From the NCBI GenBank assembly GCA_002269645.1, contig NIVC01001234.1, positions 124,001-188,000 of the forward strand: a stretch of 64,000 nucleotides of DNA, in the 5' to 3' direction. The notes under the pieces are model-generated. The model had not been told where the DNA came from, searched no databases, and saw only the letters and a program-made list of their open reading frames with translations. The translations under genes were made by a program, and so were the position numbers. Positions 23,155 to 35,242 of the stretch are shown piece after piece (within the stretch, counting starts at the first letter, position 1; every line of letters starts with the position of its first letter). The DNA is from Macrostomum lignano. Lineage: Eukaryota.

Positions 23155-26100
23155 ATGCAGCTGGTTGCTTTCACTTGGAGGATTCTCTCCCTGACACTGA
23201 TAGTCGATGGCAGCTACGGGACCAACATCACATTCGGTAGGCTTGGTACCGGAGTGCTGAGCTCTGGGAACTAACTAACTTATCTTGTGTATTGTAAGTG
23301 CACCGTTACATGCACACCAATTTCTCTCATTCTCTTCGCTCTAACTGGCCATACCCCAAAGCTTCCATGTCCATAGTAATTGTCATCACGTGACTGGGGA
23401 ACTTAGAGAAAGCCAATGCGAAATCACAGCAGAAATCACAAAATACAAGGAAGTTCGATTCACTCGTTTAATTCCCAGATATTTCCCATATCCTTAGTTG
23501 ATACAAGGACAACTTAATATATGTTACTTGAGTAGTCCTTGAGTTGATAGTCGCTCGTATGCGGCATACCGAGTTACTCTATATGTTGCTCGCAATCTCG
23601 GGTTCACCCACTGAATTCTGGCCCATGATTGTCAACCCATGGTTTACTCATATGTGAGTGTAAATCAGCTTTATTTGCCTCCTGACCGAAATTCAGCGAA
23701 ATTGACGACATTTCAAAAGTATTTTTGCAACCACGCTTTTTATACACTATTAATTATATAAGACTTCCACAAAGTCAGAAGGCCGGTAAGCAAATGTCAG
23801 GAAAATAAACAAAAACTGAAAAAAAATAAACAACTCAATCAAATCGCAAAAGTCAAATGAATCGCACAAACTACTCAACACTTGCTTTCAGCGCTACTGT
23901 GGAACGCAGGCGGCTCGGCTGCAATCGCTAATGAGCTCTTTGAGACCAAATTTTGGCCGGCCATTATGGAAGCCTGTCCGTCTGCTCCTGGCATTAATGA
24001 CACTTTTATCGATTTTGTTGAAATTGTTCAAACGACGTTAATAAATATTCCGATGGTTTTAGAAAGTACGTGGCGTAAGAAGGCATTTAATACTTGCACT
24101 TAAAATTAGCTTTGAATTTGCACCAAGCAAGATTGAATGCTGGCATTTAAATTTTTAAATAATATGACCAAAATAGATTTATTAACTTAATTTTGGCTCG
24201 ATTAATCGCCTCATTTTTATTTGACTCGGCATTCTTTTAATTGTTCAGACATCTCCAGTCTCGGCAACTGCTTGTTCATCGGTGCCCACGCAGACGTATC
24301 GACGGTACCGCTGTTTGCTCAGGCCAACCTGTCGACCGGCCTGACGCCGGACTCTATCGCTGGTCGCCGCTACCCCCGCATGCGGCTGCTCGAGGTTGCG
24401 CCGATACCAATGCCGCTGGTCTCGGAGGTCATGTCGCGAGCACTCACGCTGTCTCTGGGCTCCGGCCTGGCCGAGGGCAGTCGGCTTAGCATCATTCTCG
24501 GAAGCGGTTACGAAATATCTCATTTTAAACTACTGGTTGTAAATTTTCCCGGCTCGGTAAAATTTTATCGACTTGTGCCAGGCGCAGAGCAGGAGCTGGT
24601 CAGCGTACTTCAGTTGGATCTGGCGAAGAACTTTCTTGTTGCGGCTAAGCATGTCGAAACAGATGCATTTATGGCAGCCGCGTTCAGTGGTCAGCTGTTG
24701 AATCCATCGCATCGCTGGTTCCTGTTCGATACGGTGAGAATGGATTGCTGCTTCTAGATAGCTAGGTGACATCAATAAGTAACGATTGTCTGTTCCCATA
24801 TTTAGTTCAGTTTAGTTTAATTAGATAGTTTTTCAGGCGATTTGAGTACTGCCGAAAATCAATGTGACAGTCAACCCGCAGACAGCGAAGAGAGAAACAG
24901 TTATGGCCAGTCCACTGACCCCTGAACTCGGAAGGCACACACTTACACGGGGTGTACAACGGCCCTGACTTTCTCATCGTCAATCATGTAACACATTGTG
25001 TATTGGGGGTTGGCCCCAATGGGCTAGAATCACACAAGTCCTAGGCCATTTTTTGCATTTACCCCAAAGGAAAACGAAAATGGTGACTTTGCCAACATGC
25101 ATCCAGAATGCGACCTAATGAGCAACAGGGAAAATCATATTTTTCTTACAGCTATTAGTCCAGAAAAATAACTTTGACGGCTTTAAAGTAATTTCAAAGA
25201 ACATCACGTCAATGGACTTCGGCCCAATATCCTCGCTCATCAGCAATGGTCTAAACTCAACGCAAGCCGTTTATCTGTTCGATCTTCTATCGATTTGGTC
25301 GGTGTATTTAAAGAATTTTTTTTGTAACGAAGTAAGAGTTTTTTTAGTTTTTAATTTGTTTCTCCGAGCAAAGTTTTTAACTCATAGTTACGATGCATTA
25401 TAATTTTCTCATCTAAGCCGACAGAAGTGAACACAACATTCACGGGAATGACCGGTTCGTACGATTTAGCTCCTGACGGAACTGTCTCCAGACAGAACTG
25501 GTTCATGTACTTTTACAAAGGCCTCGGCGAACAGCGAGAACGGGTCAGACGCACTTTGATTTTTTCATTCGCAATATTCTGAATAATTTTTATCACATAA
25601 AAGTGCTTAACAGGCATGAGAATACAAACCATTTTTATCCAAACCCAAAGATCGGCAATTGGTCAAGCGCTGGAGAGTTTCACTTTCAGCCGGCCTTGGT
25701 CAGAACTACAACAGATGAAATGCTGAAGCGGGAGCTAAACTTAAACGTGTTTAGAGTGGTCACCGTATTAGTACGTAGATTCTTAGTACAGCTCTTTTCA
25801 TAATTTGAATTCGAGAGTATATACTTCACATATCTCGCCGTGATTTCCCGTTTCAGTCCAAACCGTACGTTCAGTTTAAGAAGGGCTACGAGAACCGGAC
25901 CAACGTTAGTCTCTTCGATCGCTTAGAAGGATTTGCCATAGACATGTGCAAGAAGATCCTGGAAAACATGTCGGCAAGTAGCAATATCGGTGTATATTGG
26001 GATTTTTATGTTTTACACGCATTTGTAATTAGCTCTTAGTGCTGGGTTTCGAAATAAATGAAACTTCGTGACGGAAGGTTCTCGAGTTTCATGTGCTATG

Positions 26101-27619
26101 TTACAGCTGGTCTGTCTGTAGATTCTGCAAACTGGCTGCTTTCCATCCCGTAGACACAATGATAGGAGTTAATTCAAGATCCTTTACTCGTACACACCAA
26201 ACCAGTTGGAATCAGTGGAGATGTTTCTGCAACCGGACAATAGTTACGGCTCGTTCGACCAGAGAAAGGGCTGGAGCGGCATGGTGGCCACGCTCATGCA
26301 AGGCGGGGCAGGCCTGGCCTGTGCGCCGATGTCCGACACAGAGGAGCGCCTCAGCGTCATGAAGTTCACGCAGCCGATCAAATCCTACCAACTGTCTATT
26401 CTGTACGCCAAGCCGGAGGCCAACCCGGTGAAGCTTATGTTCGAGTTCCTCTCGCCGCTGCATCTGTACACCTGGCTTGCACTGATAGGCTCAGTTCTGG
26501 TCTCCGCCTTGGTTCTGGCTGTTTTGCATCAGCTCAGCAGGAACGAGCACAGTTTTAGCCTATACGAAACGGTCTTCATTTCCTTCGCTTCGCTGATCCA
26601 AGGCTTGACTGGCGTCACGCCAAATCGACCGTCGGCCCAGTTAGTGAGTACTCAGACGGTTGCAGTTTTAAATGAGAAAGCGATCATTTTCATTCCCATT
26701 GTTCTTACGGGTTACTTAATTCATTCTTAGGTCACAGCGGTGTACTGGCTGTTTGCTTTTGTAATCTTAGTCGCCTACGTGACAAACTATGCCGCAAAGA
26801 GGACTTTGGAACGAGTCCAGTCGGAAATCACGGATTTAGACAGCCTCCCTGTGCAGGAAACCTACGAATACGGTACTTTTTTCGGCTCTGTCTACCTAAG
26901 CCTCTTGAAAGGCTCCAACGATCCTGTCCAGCAGGCGGCCTTCAGCTACATCAGCAACAATCCGGAGCGCAGGCAGCCGCGGAGCGTTAGCCAGGCTCTG
27001 AGCATGGTCAGCGGCGGCAAGTTCGCTCTTATTTACAACTCCGTCATGAACGACTACAATGCCAAAATGACGTGCAACTTTCATGTCGTCGGCAACTTCG
27101 GACTGGACAGTGCGATGTTGGGTCTGCCGGAGAGTGCCGAATATGACGATCTGATCAACCGCATCATCAACCACCTGGTGGCTACTGGAGAGCGAGATCG
27201 GCTATTTGAGAAGTGAGTTTAAACCGAGTCTGGTAGCATTAATTCACAGTTTTCAAAAAAACGCATGCCATTTCAGGTACTTCAACCCTCCCAAGAGCGA
27301 GCTGCCTAACTGCACCGATAAGCCTTTTCCTTACGCTCTCAACAACTGGATACCCCAAGAACCGAATATTTTCAACACTCGCCACGGTGCTCTTACCCTC
27401 AGCAACACTCTGGGGATCGCCGTCATCAACTTGGCTGGCTGTCTGCTTACTCTGCTGCTGGCATTGTTGGAGAAGGCCTGCATCAACCTCAGGCCGCGTT
27501 TGAATCAGTTAAAAGGCAACGCGTTAAAGGACTGGCGACGACACAGGGCTGGGACTGGTGAAGCTGTGCAAACAGCTGCAAAGAATCAGACAGAAGAGAT
27601 GATTGAATCATATGCGTAA
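23155..27619 (+). CDS. Divergent iGluR/IR-like gene C, 10 exons (first 23155-23236; 23892-24065; 24249-24733; 25152-25331; ...; 26206-26643; 26731-27211; last 27276-27619); intron 7 has a GC donor
   Basis: Same exon architecture as B; pore FASLIQG; M3 AYVTNYAAKR; no stop or frameshift seen in the spliced frame. Confidence 0.88.
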
Positions 27620-29458
27620 CTTTTGAATTTGCACTTTTTCCTTTATAAAGTGCAATCACGAACGAATCTGTAAACATTTTAGTCCCAATTTATTTGTTCT
27701 ATGCAAAAACGATAAGAAAATATGATTGATAAGTGATCATGAGACTCATTGTTTAAGCTGCTGAGGATGCCATAATCCCAGCTGGCTCGATCCAGATAAT
27801 ATAATTGATTTGTTAAGTTCGGAAGTGATGTAATCGTACGCTCGTACTTTGCTGGTGATAAGCGTAAATTTTAATGCAATGTCATTTTGATATATTCAAT
27901 ACCTTCTTTTTGAACATTTAATCGATTCTACGAGCATACAAGTGCAAATGGTTATCGTTTTTTTAAATAAATGCAGAATACAGCAAAAAATGTTGGAACT
28001 GCAATTAAGTGGCGCTTTATTATCGACCGATTTTTAATGAGTGGCATGGCAACCCGCGCCTGCCCTGTCCGATACTGAATAATTCTGACACTTTGACTCT
28101 TGCGTCAGTGTTACAGCTTCGCGTACTCTTGGTTTTATCATTGAGCCGTTCTATTGTATTAAAATTTCTTAAGTTCCTTACCTTTTTGCAAGTTAAAACT
28201 TACAAACGAGAGTTAAGAATTGTCTCAGAGTTCTTTAGAGTGTTCGGTGAAACTTTTGGCATTGTGACCCAACGTTATCTTTACTGACTACGTTCTGCCA
28301 GCGGAAGAGCGTATGATCGTGTCAGACCGCTGTCCGGACTGACCTGGGAACCTGAGCGAATGCTTCGCTTCAAGTAGCTCAGTTTCTCGTAGCCCGTCCT
28401 GTGAGTTCTCGTCTCGTATAATCTCGGTCCACGGTCGCAAAGAAAGTAACCCGGAGTGCGAACTTACTGTACTGTCACATGGCACGAGGGAGAGAGGGCG
28501 TCGGTGGTCTTGGTACAGTCGTGCTATTGCCACTCCATTTTCTGAATATGCTTGCCTGAGGCTGCTCACTATAGCAAACCCAAAATCAATAAAGCGAAGA
28601 TAGTAAACCTAAAATATTGTAGAAGCCTCAAGTTCATGCTGTACGCTGGTAGGGGACGACATAGGACGGGCTGACCGAGTGGCTCGGTCTGACGTGAACA
28701 TACGTTCGTACGCTAAAAGAGCAGAGCCTTGCTTCAATTTTGCATTCGCACAGCATGCGTCAAACGCGTCGCAACTGAGCCAAGTTTTCTCGGTCCTGCG
28801 CTTTCTGCATTAGGCATGCAGCTGTCTCAGAATAATTGTGATGTTTCTGATGCTCGAATTTTTATAGAATTAAGGCGTAAATTTTTTATTTAATATACAG
28901 TATTAGTCGCGCATATTTCTGCATGATGGCAGTGTCGCATAACTTCACCGAAATATTTTACACCAAAGTAGAAACGCAAGCTTTATTGAACGGGCCTAAT
29001 GTCCTCCACTTGGTAATTTTCCTGGTTCAGAAATAGTGGTCGCGTCAGCTGATTGCAAGTGGGGTAGCCATTGTGCGGTTTTAAGGTTGGTCTCGAATTT
29101 ATCTGGTTAGTTATGACTTGCTTTGGTACTCTTATAAGTCCGCAGTCCCTCTAATGTAAATTGCTAAACAGAATAAACACGGGCGTGTAAGCAAACATGG
29201 AAAGACAAATTCCCTGCGTTTGATGGGAAACCGTAAGACAGACTCGGTCGGTCCAGCGTTATTGCAAATTTAACTAACTTTCTACTCTGCCTCGAGTGCG
29301 CTATACTGTTTAGAGCGCTTTCAAGCGCACAGCTCATGGCCAAACAAGTTGCCAAATTTGGGGCATGTTATCATATATAAGATATTTTTATGCACCTCCA
29401 GAGAGGTGATTCGCAACTTGAAACTCACTAAAATTGAAACTGTTCAGACAGTGCAACG

Positions 29459-32400
29459 ATGCGAAATCTTACTGTTCTGCAGCTGAGCTTTTTGATTCTG
29501 ATTGCAGGCTGCAGCAGAATGCAGGCTCAGAGCAACAACATCACACTGGGTTCGTTCAATTTTGTCTACTGAGAACTCGCTTTTGTCCAATTCTATTTTC
29601 ATTTGCAGACATGCAGATTTTGTGCTTCTAATGATTTCCTTTCAGCCCTATTGTGGAATGAAGAGGGCACAGCCGCACTGGCGAAGGACTTATTCGAAAA
29701 GAAGTTCCGACCGGCAATTCTCGAGGCCTGCCCGTCTGCCCCCGGCATCAATCAAACTTCCGTTGAGTTTGTGGAGATCATTCACAAAAAGCTTATGGAC
29801 ATCCCGGCTGCTATGAACAGTAGGAAGCATTTATTGCTTTGATTAATCTTTAATGAATCAAAAGCAATCATTAAGTTATATGCACCCATGAATCTACTGG
29901 GATTGAATTCGATTCGATAAGATAGAAACAATACGTACCTGCAACCTCGGTAGTTTACCTGCCAGATAAACTACAAATTCTTAAGAAGGCGACGGTAACT
30001 GGCGAATCCATTGAGTAAGAGCGTCGCACCTCATCGATGCAAGTTCGATGCATAAATTATTAATTGTTAATCGATTGACTCAATTAATTCGAGTGAGCAT
30101 AATTTTTTCCGGCCTAAAACACATCTCTAAAAATTTATTCCCCCAACTCAGACTTTGCCAGCCTTGCCAACTGCTTGTTCATCGGTGCCCACACTGAAGT
30201 ATCGATGGTGCCGCTGTTTGCTCAGGCCAACTTGTCGACCGGCCTGACCCGGGCTCTGTTGCTGCCCGCCGCTATCCCGCATGCGGCTGCACAAGGTGGC
30301 GCCGATCCCAGTATCGCTGGTCTCGGACGGAGTGTTGCGATCGCTTGTAATGTCTCTTGGCGCCAGCGAAGCAAAGCAAAGCCGCCTCAGCATCATTCTT
30401 GGCACCGGCTACGAAGCATTTCATGTTGAAATTTTTGCTACAAAGTTTCCAGGCTCAGTGCAGCTCTACCGGCTTAAGCCGGGTGCAGAATACGACCTCA
30501 TTGAAAGGCTCCAATCAAAAAATGCCGAAACCTTTCTGCTTGCATGCAATCCAGAGGAAGCCGAGGTTTTCCTTTCTGCGGCATTCATAAATCGGCTTCT
30601 GCATCCAACTTATCGTTGGTTTCTGTTCAACATGGTGAGGCTGGAATCGACCAGATACAACTTTCATGTGATTAAGGTACTGTATTTTTGAGTAGCCAAA
30701 ATTAAGGACCTATGACAGCTGTTGTCTTTTTAGCTCCTGGTAGAGAGAAACAACTTCGGTGGCTACGTGATTGTGTCCAAGAATATCACATCAATGGAGT
30801 TCGGCCCAATATCCACTGCTATCAAAAACGGCCTAACTACGACGCGATCAGTTTACCTGTTTGATCTCTTGACTGTTTGGTCAGTTTACTTAAAAAACAT
30901 TCTTTGTAACGAGGTGAGAGGTCACATTCGAGTTGTGCGAAATTTTATTAAGCTTTTTATGTCATTCAAAGCTTTAAAGTAATGGGATCATTAATAAATA
31001 GTTGTCATTAAATAAATTCACTCAAAGAAACGTTCGCAATGCAGATTGACTGAAGAGATGCATGAAGCTATAAATATAGGCTTTTTTCTACTGTGCTTCA
31101 ATAGCATTGCTATTCATCACGAATAGTTTCTTCACTTACTTTAGGCATCCGAAGTGAACAGAACTGTTGAAGGCCTGACCGGTTCTTTTAGCTTGGGCCC
31201 GGACGGCACGGTAACCAGGAAATTCTGGCGGATGCACTTTTACAAAGGACTCGGCGATCAGCGTGAACGGGTGAGGCCTCCAATGTTGCAGTGTTTTCTA
31301 ATCGTGTCAAACTTGTTGCGATTTTGTTTTTCTACGAGATCCTCTTTGAAATTGTACCCCAGCTCGGATATCGTGCTGGGATATCTGACGCTTATCAATT
31401 TCAAAATGAATTTCGAAAAAAATGTCACTTTCCCTAAGATCGGCAACTGGTCCAGTTCTGGAGACTTCTTCTTCGTCCCGGCAAAGCCGAGAATACCGAC
31501 TGATGAGGTGTTGAAGCAAGAGCTCAACTTGAACGTGTTCCGAGTAGTTACTGTACTGGTGGGTTTTCCAGAAACAGTTAACTCTTCCTTCAACAACTAG
31601 TTGAAGACGCTGCATAATTTCTCATCTAACAAAACTACTTCTTCATTTCAGTCACCTCCGTTTGTGCAGTTCAGAAAGGGCTACGAGAATCGGACTGACG
31701 TACCGCTCTACAACCGCCTAGAAGGGTTTGCGGTGGACATGTGCAAGAAGATACTGATGAACATGTCGGTAAGTTTAAACTTAGACTTATCTGTGAACAG
31801 TTTAAACTTAGACTTATCTGGAAACTCTACTTTACCGTTTTTGTGTAAAGGGTTTTAAACAGATTTTTTAGCGGCTGAAATATTTTAGTACATAAGTTGC
31901 ACTGCTTTGAAGCAACACTAGACTACTGCATTTAGCTCGTAGATGTAAATAGGCCGGTTGTCACTATTCTAATCACAGATGTTCCTCACTTCTTGAAATA
32001 AAAAAACATCAGATAATTATGTTGAAGAGAGAAAATAGCAAAAAGCCGTCAAAGATTCAAAGACGATAGGAGATGCGTCAGCTAGCTAATCAACTTGCAT
32101 AATCTGCAATAATCGCTTTGTATTCGTGAGTAGTTCTTGCTGGTAAGAAACAACTGACCCCTTTCACCGTTTTCCGTAGCTGAACTCCGTTGAATTCTTT
32201 CTACAACCTGATGGTATCTTCGGCTCCTACGATCCAGTCAAAGGATGGAGTGGCATGGTAGCCACTCTCATGCTAAATGATGCCGACATGGCCTGCGCTT
32301 CAATGTCCGACACGGAGCTGCGCCGTGGCGTTGTCAAATTTACGCAGCCCATCTTATTCAACCAACTGTCCATCCTGTACTCGAAGCCAGAGGTCAATCC

Positions 32401-33879
32401 AGTTGAGCTACTATTTGAGTTTCTCTCTCCGCTACACCTGTACACCTGGCTGGCCTTGCTCGGCTCCGGCTTCGCGTCGGGGCTGGTGCTGGCGGTGCTG
32501 CATCGAATTAGCAGGAACGAACAACGGCTCAGCTTGTACGAAGCCATCTACGTCGCATTGGGCACGCTGATCCAGGGCGTGAAGACAACGACACCGGATC
32601 GTCCGTCTGCAAAGCTGGTGAGAAAAAAACCGTAGAAAATAAAGTGCACCATTTCTAACAAGCGCCAATGCTGTAGGCGGCACGCACTCCTACACACACT
32701 CAAAAAGGATTTACGGCGGCCCAGACTTTTTAATTGTCAGACATGTACGAGTAGCTCGTACACTCTCTGTGCTTTGGGGGGGGGGGTTGGTCCTCCCAGT
32801 ATGAATCGCACGGAACACTTGCAATTTTCGCGAAAAGCCGTAAATGAATGTGGCCAAACATGGAATCCAACCAGGGTTCGTAGCGCGAGGGTCAGGGGTC
32901 TTACCGCTGAGCTTCTCTGCCTCCGAACAGTTGTTAATATTAGAGTAAACTTCTTTCTCGCATTCGATTTTGGCAGGTGACAGTGGTTTTCTGGCTGTTT
33001 GTGTTCCTCTTCTTGATTATCTATGTGTCCAACTATGCAGTCAAGCGGACCCTGAAGCACATCCAAACGGAGATCAGGGGGCTGGAAAGCCTGCGAAGAC
33101 AGGAGGCGTATGAATACGGTACGCTGTACGGCTCTGTGTACTTGGGCTTCATGAAGAACTCAATTGATCCACTGGTGTCAGCAGCCTACCAGTACATCGC
33201 CGACAACCCGGAGCGCACTCAGCCGCGGAACATCAGCCAGGCACTCAGCCTCGTCAATACTGGCAAATTCGCCTTCCTCTATAGCAACGTTTTGAATGAG
33301 TACTACGCTAAGATGGGTTGTGGCCTTAAAGTAGTGGGCAGCTTCGGACAAGAAACGATGAATTTGGGTCTACCAAGCAGTATAGAATATGATGATTTGA
33401 TCAATAAGATCATTGACCGACTTATCAGCAGTGGAGAGCGAGACCAGCTCTACAAAAAGTGAGTCGAATTCGCCTTTATTGAAGACGGAGACAGCTCAGG
33501 ATTGAATCAGTACATAAAATCAGAGTTACCTTTTTCTAAATTCCTTGCTTGCAGGTACGCAAATCCGCCCGAAAGCGATCTGCCTGACTGCACGAACAAG
33601 ACTCTACCGTACGCCATTCGCGATTGGATTCCAAAAGAGTCTGAAAACGTTGGCACCCGACGAAGCGCTGTGAACCTCAACCACACACTCGGAATTACGA
33701 TTATTAATTTGGTCGGCTGTCTGCTGACTCTACTGTTGGCTGCCCTGGAGTTGGCCTTTCAAACCTACAGGCAGCGACTGCGCAGGCTTCGGGATGACAT
33801 GTTGAAGGACCTGAGCCTCCGCATGGAGTCTGCCAATGCAGCCGCAGCTGGCGATGATCTGATGGAGTCAAACGTTTAA
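29459..33879 (+). pseudogene. B': near-identical duplicate of gene B with a 1-bp deletion in exon 3 (pseudogene, or homopolymer sequencing error)
   Basis: B reads 'ctgaccccggg' (17425-17435); B' reads 'ctgacccggg' (30244-30253). The ORF track breaks between 30175 and 30281. All other exons are intact. Confidence 0.75.
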
Positions 33880-35242
33880 TCCGTGTTGTATCGGACTGCA
33901 GTTTGATCCGTCACTTGAAAACAATTATCCAACTGTGTAAGCGGTGGAGGGAAAACAAAAGTTGATTGATTGAAAAAACTTCTCATCATATTTAATTTCA
34001 ATCAATCAACTCTCTTTAACAACTTTTGAATATTTACTCAGTCTATAATCAGTGTCCTTCAAAAGAATAACACATAGGACGTATCTGTACATGGTACAAT
34101 GAGATGTAAGCATCGTTAACTAAACTGGGAGTCAATCCCTACATATATAATTCCTGCAACAATATGTCCAGTCGTGAGGCTCGAGTTAATTTTTCCAAAG
34201 GCGCAGCACGGAGAGCACGAGGAGCTTAGCTGATCTCAGTTCATCCAACAATATGCAGAGACCTACGGAGTGTCAGAACGTGGCAGGTCAGCAGACACTC
34301 AACTGTGGTTGTCTCTGAACTGTTTGATCTAGCCATAAATTGCGCTATTCTTAGCACCTTCATCTGATTGGACTTTTCAGAGATGACCTGCAATTGAACC
34401 AGCTGACCACAGAGCGTACTCAATGCAAACTACAGATGAAACTCTTCTTTCCAAAATTGGACCTGTCGATTTGTTAGGCGCTAACCCTTACGAGCGAGAC
34501 TGGAGACGGTCTTGCAAACTTTACGCATTGGCTTGACAATACAATCGGTATTAGGAAGGCTCGAACATCTGTCCGTCTCGTAAATCTGTCTCCGGCACTA
34601 ATACCCTCTATGCCTCATTTTTCGGCTGAAAATTAAATTTCGAACGATACCAATCAACAGAGTGAATCAAAACTTAGAAGAGAAAAGCGGAAAATTCCTA
34701 CGAACTTTTGGGAGCCCTCGTAAAAAGCCTAGGTTTAAAACTTCTGCTCCTGAAAAACATTACGTATTGTATACATTAGTACCAAATCCAAATTTAACAA
34801 GTAAGCCAATTCAGAGTTTTTCCGTGCAGGCGCCATGAGACTCAACAAGTTTGGCAAACTCTCGCTTGTGTGCACAGGAATTGCTCTGACAAACACTAAA
34901 CTGAAGGACTGAACGCAGTGCCTCAGAGAGATCAACATAGCAACAGCCGACATTTATTTATTGTATCTACAATGGAGTTTCTTTGTCCCGCTGAGAAACT
35001 TCATCGTTTGGGGCGTGGCAGCCAAACGTGTCCACACGCTGATCCATGCAAGTCAGAGGCCGCTCTGTTCAAGCACAGGGGATGGCACCATTTGTGACTA
35101 CTGTGCTACCGCAGGGAAAGTATTTATCAAAGCAAAGACATGAAACCAAGAAACGTGCAATTACTTTTAAACAGTATTCGCGTAGAAAAGGCACCACTAA
35201 AAGCTATTGCAGGAAAGCATTGGCAGCATTTTCAATTGAAGA

